Positions 58,789 to 64,000 of a DNA stretch of 64,000 bases are shown here, piece after piece. Positions within the stretch are counted from its first letter, which is position 1; each line of letters starts with the position of its first letter. Source of the stretch: Bacteroidia bacterium (GTDB lineage: Bacteria; Bacteroidota; Bacteroidia; AKYH767-A; OLB10); contig DASUFP010000041.1 in assembly GCA_036274495.1 (NCBI GenBank), positions 627 to 64,626 on the forward strand. Direction: 5' to 3'. Below the pieces are notes generated by a model. It saw only the letters and a program-made list of their open reading frames with translations. It was not told where the DNA came from and did no database searches. Position numbers and translations under genes: made by a program.

Positions 58789-58796
58789 TATATTTG
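58789..58796 (+). promoter_or_regulatory. Bacteroidetes -7 motif (TATATTTG) for the response-regulator gene.
   Basis: Match to TAnnTTTG. The track's TTG start at 58794 sits inside the motif, so the ATG at 58815 is the likely start. Confidence 0.45.
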
Positions 58797-58814
58797 TGTT
58801 TTACACCCCCCTGT

Positions 58815-59195
58815 ATGAAACCTTTAAAAGTATTAATTGTAGACGATGAGAAAGATGTGGAATTTCTCTTCAATCAACAATTCCGTAAAGAGTTACGGGA
58901 GGGATTGCTTGAATTTCACTTTGCATTTTCAGGAGCTGAAGCCTTGGGATACCTGCGTCAATCAGGCGTTGATAATACTGTTTTGGTTTTGTCAGATATT
59001 AATATGCCGGGGATGAACGGACTTGATTTACTCAAAAATCTGAAGCTGGATTTTCCGGTGCTTCGTGTAGTTTTGATTTCCGCATATAGCGACGACCAAA
59101 ATTATGAACTGGCAAAGTCGCTTGGCGCCGATGGATTCATAACTAAACCGGTCGACTTTACAGTACTTAAAAATGAGTTTTTTACAACTACCTGA
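58815..59195 (+). CDS. Stand-alone response-regulator receiver domain (CheY-like). Start reassigned to MKPLKV.
   Basis: KVLIVDDEKD...VLSDINMPGMNGLDLL...VVLISAYSD...GADGFITKP (acid pocket, phospho-acceptor Asp, conserved Lys). Confidence 0.8.
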   Translation: MKPLKVLIVDDEKDVEFLFNQQFRKELREGLLEFHFAFSGAEALGYLRQSGVDNTVLVLSDINMPGMNGLDLLKNLKLDFPVLRVVLISAYSDDQNYELAKSLGADGFITKPVDFTVLKNEFFTTT

Positions 59196-59217
59196 AATCT
59201 GTTTATCCGGCTGCTGA

Positions 59218-59892
59218 TTATTTTTTGTCTATTATTTTAAGTGCTTCCCTTACTGACAATGGTTTCAGTTTGTTGTTTTGAACAAATGATACGACCCATT
59301 CCGGGTTGTATTTTGAATACTGGCGCAGCGACCATCCGATAGCTTTGCGGATAAAAAATTCATCACTGTTTGAAAGGTTCATAATGTATTTTTCAAGTAA
59401 TTTCTTATCCGTATGAGCTCGGTACGTCAGCTGAAAAATCAAACTCATGCGGTTCAGCCAAATATTTTCAGATTGATTCCAGGCAGAGGTGATTGGCACG
59501 ATTTGTTCGGGATATTTTAAAAACCAGGGACCAATCAGTTTATTTGATATAAGATCAACCGAATCCCACCATGATTTATGCAAGGCCATCCATTCAAACA
59601 ATTGGATGGAATCCTGATTCCATTTTCGTTTGAACTTCATTGCAAGTGTCACTCCGAAATATTGGAAATCGCGCTGTGGCAATGCCCAAAGCTGTGTTTC
59701 TATTTCTGACAGTTCTTCCGGTGATGGCAATGCATTGTTATTAAAATATAACCTGAACAATTGATGCCTTTCAGGTGCTTGTATTCCATAAAATTCAAAT
59801 TGATCGCGCATGTATGCTTTCATCGAAGATGCCTTGTTGGTGTTTTCCTTCTTTTTCAAGCTCTCGCGCAGACCTTTCACATAGGGGTGCAT
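59218..59892 (-). CDS. DNA alkylation repair enzyme (AlkD/AlkC-like HEAT-repeat glycosylase family).
   Basis: KASSMKAYMRDQFEFYGIQ...WWDSVDLISNKLIG...FFIRKAIGWSLRQYSK, typical of the DNA_alkylation family. Confidence 0.65.
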   Translation of the reverse strand: MHPYVKGLRESLKKKENTNKASSMKAYMRDQFEFYGIQAPERHQLFRLYFNNNALPSPEELSEIETQLWALPQRDFQYFGVTLAMKFKRKWNQDSIQLFEWMALHKSWWDSVDLISNKLIGPWFLKYPEQIVPITSAWNQSENIWLNRMSLIFQLTYRAHTDKKLLEKYIMNLSNSDEFFIRKAIGWSLRQYSKYNPEWVVSFVQNNKLKPLSVREALKIIDKK

Positions 59893-60070
59893 ATTAATAC
59901 CTTTTACGATGAGCTCACCGGATCCAAAAAATTATCAGATGCATATGATGGCGATAATTTGGTCCATAAAAATAGCTGAAAAAATAATCCCGGCTAATGT
60001 TACAGCCGGGATTATTAACCTAAAACCTAAAAACCAATAAAAAGTAACTTTGTGTGTAGCTGTGAGTCGT

Positions 60071-61105
60071 TTACCTGATGATTTGGATTTTTGAAACTTC
60101 AGTTGTTATTCCTGTTTTATGCACAATTAACGTTTGGGGTGTGAAGTTTTCGAGCCATTTGCCGTCAAACTGTTCTGCCTGTTTTTCGAGGAGTAACCTG
60201 CCGTTTAAATCATAAACCCTGAAGGTTTTCATTCCTTCTTCGTTCTCGTTGAATCCGTGTGACAATCTGAGACCGGATGCAAGTCCTATTGTTGAAGGAG
60301 CACCGGGGCAGTAAGTAACATTGTTGATCACCGGAGATGTGGTTACAGTATATGACTTTCCTTGTTCAAGAATGGAAGCAGACACTTTTCTGGTTCCGGG
60401 AGCGGTTGTGTATTTGATAATGTTACCCGGGTTCCCGATTTCTTCAAACCGCATTTCATATGCAACAGGTGCCATGTACTCAAGTACCAAACCGGCCGGA
60501 ATGGAGTCGGTAGTTGAAAGGTTCATACGTCCGTTATAGAAAGCGCCTACTCCATTTGGTTTTCTGATACCGCGCAGCACCACACCATCTGATTCAGCCG
60601 AACATACTCCGGTAACGACTGCAGTGTACGAAACATTAACCGTATCAAGTGCCGGTACACCGGGTGTGCCTACGCCGTTCATTTGTCTTTCGAAAACGGA
60701 TCCGATAAATCCATTATTCCAGATGATTGTATCATAACCTGCGGTAGCTTGCAGTCTGACAGTATCTCCCTTGCAGACCCATACATTTGTTAATGCATTA
60801 ATTTGAGGAACCGGCAATACATTATAGGTTCGTGTTTTTGTATAGGTAGTCCAAACAGGTGAATTCCCATGGTGACCCGTAACGGTGAGGGTATATGTGC
60901 CCGAAGTACCGATGGTAATGGTTGAGGTGGTTTCGCCCGTACTCCATAAATAAGAGACCGGGTTAAAACTGCTACCCTTTATGTCTAAAGTAATTTCCAT
61001 TGGATTACATACTTTTCCTGAGAGAGGCATCAGCTTGATATTGCCTTGCGCAAAAACTGAGGCTCCTAAAAAAAGTAATGAAGCGGTGAGATAAATCTGT
61101 TTCAT
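60071..61105 (-). CDS. Secreted hypothetical protein, probably a T9SS cargo (344 aa).
   Basis: Signal peptide MKQIYLTASLLFLGASVFAQ; beta-rich; C-terminal ...KTFRVYDLNGRLLLEKQAEQFDGKW...KIQIIR resembles a Por-secretion tail. Confidence 0.5.
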   Translation of the reverse strand: MKQIYLTASLLFLGASVFAQGNIKLMPLSGKVCNPMEITLDIKGSSFNPVSYLWSTGETTSTITIGTSGTYTLTVTGHHGNSPVWTTYTKTRTYNVLPVPQINALTNVWVCKGDTVRLQATAGYDTIIWNNGFIGSVFERQMNGVGTPGVPALDTVNVSYTAVVTGVCSAESDGVVLRGIRKPNGVGAFYNGRMNLSTTDSIPAGLVLEYMAPVAYEMRFEEIGNPGNIIKYTTAPGTRKVSASILEQGKSYTVTTSPVINNVTYCPGAPSTIGLASGLRLSHGFNENEEGMKTFRVYDLNGRLLLEKQAEQFDGKWLENFTPQTLIVHKTGITTEVSKIQIIR

Positions 61106-61461
61106 GGTATTGAGGTTTTAAAGTTTTATTTGCTTGATGACTTCAAGATGTCCTCAACACATAGGGTATGGCTTATACTTTTTGGCGAAAAGGAATGCAT
61201 TATCCGTAAACGGCATTCATCAGATGGCTAACAAATTCCTTTTAAGTTGCACCGGGAGGGTTATAGAGGAAGGAAATCCGGTAAGGAAAAGGGATTCAGA
61301 ACAGCCTGCACATTTTCTATCCGATTGATTTACAATGGATGTTCTTCAGGAAATAGCTTTGACCGAAGCAACATACTGCCGGATGTTTGAAGATGATGGA
61401 AATTGTATAATCCTGTATTTCAATTAATTACAATTGAATGTGCGATTGATTGGGGCCCGAT

Positions 61462-61812
61462 TTATCGTACGGGATCTCCGGCAACGGCCTCAGGATCAGG
61501 GGTAAGTAAAACTACTTCGCCGGCAGGGTTTATGGCCCCAAGGACAAGACATTCCGAGCGGGTGCCGGCAACCTGAAGCGGAGGGAGGTTAATGACCGCG
61601 AGAATTTTTTTTCCGACTAAGGATTCGGGGGTATACAGCGCGGTTATCTGAGCTGATGAGTGCAGCTTCCCAAAAGGGCCAAAGTCAATTTCAAGTTTAT
61701 AGGCTGGTTTTCTGGCCATTTTTGAGACCATAGCAGAAAGAATTACCCCTATCCGAATATCGTGGCGAATAAATGTCTCATAAATATCCGGCAGGTTATC
61801 CGACAATTCCAT
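61462..61812 (-). CDS. tRNA-binding protein (CsaA/Trbp111-like OB-fold domain).
   Basis: IRIGVILSAMVSKMARKPAYKLEIDFGPFGKLHSSAQITALYTPESLVGKKILAVINLPPLQVAGTRSECLVLGA matches the tRNA_bind domain. Confidence 0.75.
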   Translation of the reverse strand: MELSDNLPDIYETFIRHDIRIGVILSAMVSKMARKPAYKLEIDFGPFGKLHSSAQITALYTPESLVGKKILAVINLPPLQVAGTRSECLVLGAINPAGEVVLLTPDPEAVAGDPVR

Positions 61813-61911
61813 GATGCAATTATAGGCTTTTAAGAACTTTGCTTTATAACTATCGGGAATGTTTAACGTACAATATATCTGTTTAACTTTGTATACCCCC
61901 GATAATGCCGG

Positions 61912-62469
61912 ATGTCATCCCGTTTTAATTATAAAAAGACCAAAAGCAGCTTTTATGAGCGGCAAAAGATACGGTACGTTCTGCCGTACCTGGTGCCGGC
62001 TATTTTGATACTTGCGCTTCTTTTACTTGCAATTGAAAAATACGAAACCGACAGGCCCGCGTTTGGCATAAACCTGGAAGTGTGGCAATACATTGTAATT
62101 ATTTTTCTGGTTCCGGTTCCTCTATTAGGCCTGTTAATGTGGTCACGACTCGACACTATTGTTGATGAAGACGGTGTGATGTACCGTTGGCTGCCTTATC
62201 ACAAAAGTTTCAATCTGCTGCATTGGAGTGCCATTAAACAGGTTGTGTTATTGGATATGAAACCTCTTGGTCTTTTTTGGCGGAGCAAACGATCGCATCA
62301 CAAACGATTTTTTCCGGGAAGCAGGTACAGTATTGAAATAGTGATGCGGAATGGTCATAAAATTTTACTCGGTACACGAAAACCGGAAGAACTACAGCGG
62401 TCGTTATCGCGTAACGCCGGGAGTAAATTTAATCAGGAAGACTCCACTGTAGTTTTTGATTATTCATAG
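61912..62469 (+). CDS. Hypothetical membrane protein (185 aa).
   Basis: Two TM helices then a basic soluble domain; no recognisable family. Confidence 0.35.
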   Translation: MSSRFNYKKTKSSFYERQKIRYVLPYLVPAILILALLLLAIEKYETDRPAFGINLEVWQYIVIIFLVPVPLLGLLMWSRLDTIVDEDGVMYRWLPYHKSFNLLHWSAIKQVVLLDMKPLGLFWRSKRSHHKRFFPGSRYSIEIVMRNGHKILLGTRKPEELQRSLSRNAGSKFNQEDSTVVFDYS

Positions 62470-62654
62470 CTTCTGACTTACTGCCCGATTATAATAATCC
62501 GGTTTTTTTAACAAATTGACATGATTCCACTTTTCGGAATTGGGTCGAACGCGTCCGGATTAACTTCACCTGATCAACTATCCTTTCATCTTATAAGGAT
62601 TTCCCCCCTTCGGGGCTATTCAATAAGTTTTTTGTAAGTTTACCTCTCAGGTTT

Positions 62655-64000
62655 ATGAAAAAGACTCAGCGAAAGAGTGCCGCGCCTGCTGCCAGTCCAA
62701 AAGCACCTGCCTTTAACGCCGATGCGGAGAAGAGGTTGCTGGCTCTCATTGCAGCGCTGATTGCCGCGTTGCTTTATATTAATACCGCGGGTCACAGCTA
62801 CACTGTTGACGACGGTACGGTAATTGGGAACAATACGATTACCAAGAAAGGTGTGGCGGCACTGCCCGAAATATTCACATCGGCATACCGTGCAGGATTC
62901 TGGGACCGCGATGAGGGCATGTACAGGCCCCTGTCTGTTGCAATGTTTGCGGTTGAATATCAGATTGCCCCCGACAACCCGCTTCCCGGACATCTTATTA
63001 ACATCTTATTATATGCTTTGACCGCCTATTTTTTATTTGGGTTTCTGGCCAGGCTCTTTCCGGGAAGAGGTAATGCATTGCCATTTATGATATCGTTAAT
63101 TTTTATTATGCACCCGCTTCATACAGAAGTTGTAGCTAATATTAAGAGTCGTGATGAAATGCTCTGCTTTTTCTTTGGAATACTATCCCTGGATATGCTG
63201 GTAAGGTCTCATAGTTCAGCAAAATCATGGCAACTGCTTCTTGCAGGTTTATTCTTTTTTCTTGCCCTGTTGTCGAAAGAAAGTGCCATTACCCTGCTGG
63301 CCGTATTTCCTTTGACCTTATGGTTTTTCACTGATGCTTCAACAAAACAATTAATAAGAGCAACAGTACTATGCCTTGGCGTTACGGCTTTATATATGAT
63401 AATACGTGTATCCGTATTGGGATCAATGACCGGACATGCAGAACAGCAGCTAATCAACAATTCACTTCTCGGAGCAACCAATTATAGTGACCAGCTCTCA
63501 ACAGCACTTTACATATTGGGCAGGTATTTGTTGCTGCTCATTTTTCCGCATCCGCTGGTTTTCGATTATTCTTATAATCAAATCCCGTTGGTTCCATTTT
63601 CCGATATCCGTGTAATACTTTCAATTGTTGCTGTCGGTTTTCTTGTATGGAAAGGATTTACGGGAATAAAAAATAAATTGCCTGAAGCATATGGAATCCT
63701 CTTTTTTTTCATTACCCTTTCACTGGTTCTTAATATTCTGTTCCTTATTGAATCAACCATGGCTGAGCGTTTCCTGTATATGCCCTCACTCGGATTTGCC
63801 ATAAGCGCAGGGCTATTAATAAGTAAATGGTATGCCATTCCGAAAGGACTCCCCTTAAAAAAGGCCTTTGTATCGCGTCCGCTACCTTCGGTACTTCTTG
63901 CAACTGTTCTTTTGCTGTTTGCATTTAAAACGGTTTCCCGTAACAATAACTGGAAAGATAATCTGACGTTACTTTCTTACGATGTTAAAACTTCTCCCAA
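62655..64000 (+). CDS. Polytopic membrane protein of the TMTC/PMT-like glycosyltransferase-39 family (DUF1736-type; usually followed by TPR repeats). It runs off the window end, so its C-terminal end is missing, and it is absent from the ORF track (no stop codon).
   Basis: Open frame from the ATG at 62655 to the window end (448+ codons); MKKTQRKSAAPAASPK...AYRAGFWDRDEGMYRPLSVAMFAVEY...; over 10 TM helices. Confidence 0.7.
   Translation, partial: MKKTQRKSAAPAASPKAPAFNADAEKRLLALIAALIAALLYINTAGHSYTVDDGTVIGNNTITKKGVAALPEIFTSAYRAGFWDRDEGMYRPLSVAMFAVEYQIAPDNPLPGHLINILLYALTAYFLFGFLARLFPGRGNALPFMISLIFIMHPLHTEVVANIKSRDEMLCFFFGILSLDMLVRSHSSAKSWQLLLAGLFFFLALLSKESAITLLAVFPLTLWFFTDASTKQLIRATVLCLGVTALYMIIRVSVLGSMTGHAEQQLINNSLLGATNYSDQLSTALYILGRYLLLLIFPHPLVFDYSYNQIPLVPFSDIRVILSIVAVGFLVWKGFTGIKNKLPEAYGILFFFITLSLVLNILFLIESTMAERFLYMPSLGFAISAGLLISKWYAIPKGLPLKKAFVSRPLPSVLLATVLLLFAFKTVSRNNNWKDNLTLLSYDVKTSP

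Noticed and set aside
62640-62993. Minus-strand 117-aa ORF
   Set aside because: It is Arg/Cys-rich and lies entirely antisense to the long, hydrophobic TMTC-like plus-strand frame.
1-64000. CRISPR array, transposase/integrase, phage or defence-system genes
   Set aside because: There are no regularly spaced direct repeats. No ORF has DDE/HUH transposase, tyrosine or serine recombinase, Cas, RT or restriction-modification motifs. All long ORFs have ordinary housekeeping, envelope or secreted-protein assignments.

Overview
This 64-kb window looks like a chromosomal segment from a Bacteroidota genome. Three things point that way: type A and type B T9SS C-terminal sorting domains on many secreted proteins, the Bacteroidetes -7 promoter motif TAnnTTTG with short leaders upstream of several genes, and the conserved ftsX-DUF3098-uppP-truB gene order. 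GC is roughly 43-45 % and the window is densely coding.

Most of it is housekeeping: ruvB (3'-truncated, non-ATG start), tRNA-Met(CAU), asd, the leuS-scpB operon, ftsX-DUF3098-uppP-truB, queA-ispD, rlmN, dxs and queD, plus a D,D-carboxypeptidase with LysM domains, an L,D-transpeptidase and a PLP-dependent transsulfuration enzyme.

Interspersed are accessory, envelope and secretion genes:
- an NRAMP (MntH) transporter and a separate DtxR-family metalloregulator
- a FadL-like outer-membrane protein
- seven T9SS cargo proteins, including two tandem M43 metalloproteases, a 1152-aa LamG protein, a pectin-lyase-fold beta-helix, a BNR/Asp-box protein and a lamin-tail-domain protein
- an NSS symporter with an overlapping 47-aa single-TM partner that the ORF track missed
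- a patatin-POTRA-Omp85 fusion
- a eukaryote-like type II sulfide:quinone oxidoreductase
- an adjacent fatty-acid-hydroxylase and flavin-monooxygenase gene pair
- an orphan TrkA/KtrA, a Tat-signal DOPA-dioxygenase-like enzyme and an AlkD-like repair protein.

I found no transposases, integrases, CRISPR arrays, rRNA genes or obvious defence-system genes.

The things most worth a second look are:
- a 530-bp ORF-poor region upstream of the DtxR gene, which carries an orphan leftward terminator and a DtxR-box-like palindrome
- the unannotated MetS-like micro-ORF overlapping the NSS transporter
- the hydroxylase/FMO cassette
- several small unlisted or mis-started genes: an 80-aa ORF with its own terminator, a 59-aa TM ORF, and start-codon corrections suggested by promoter motifs.
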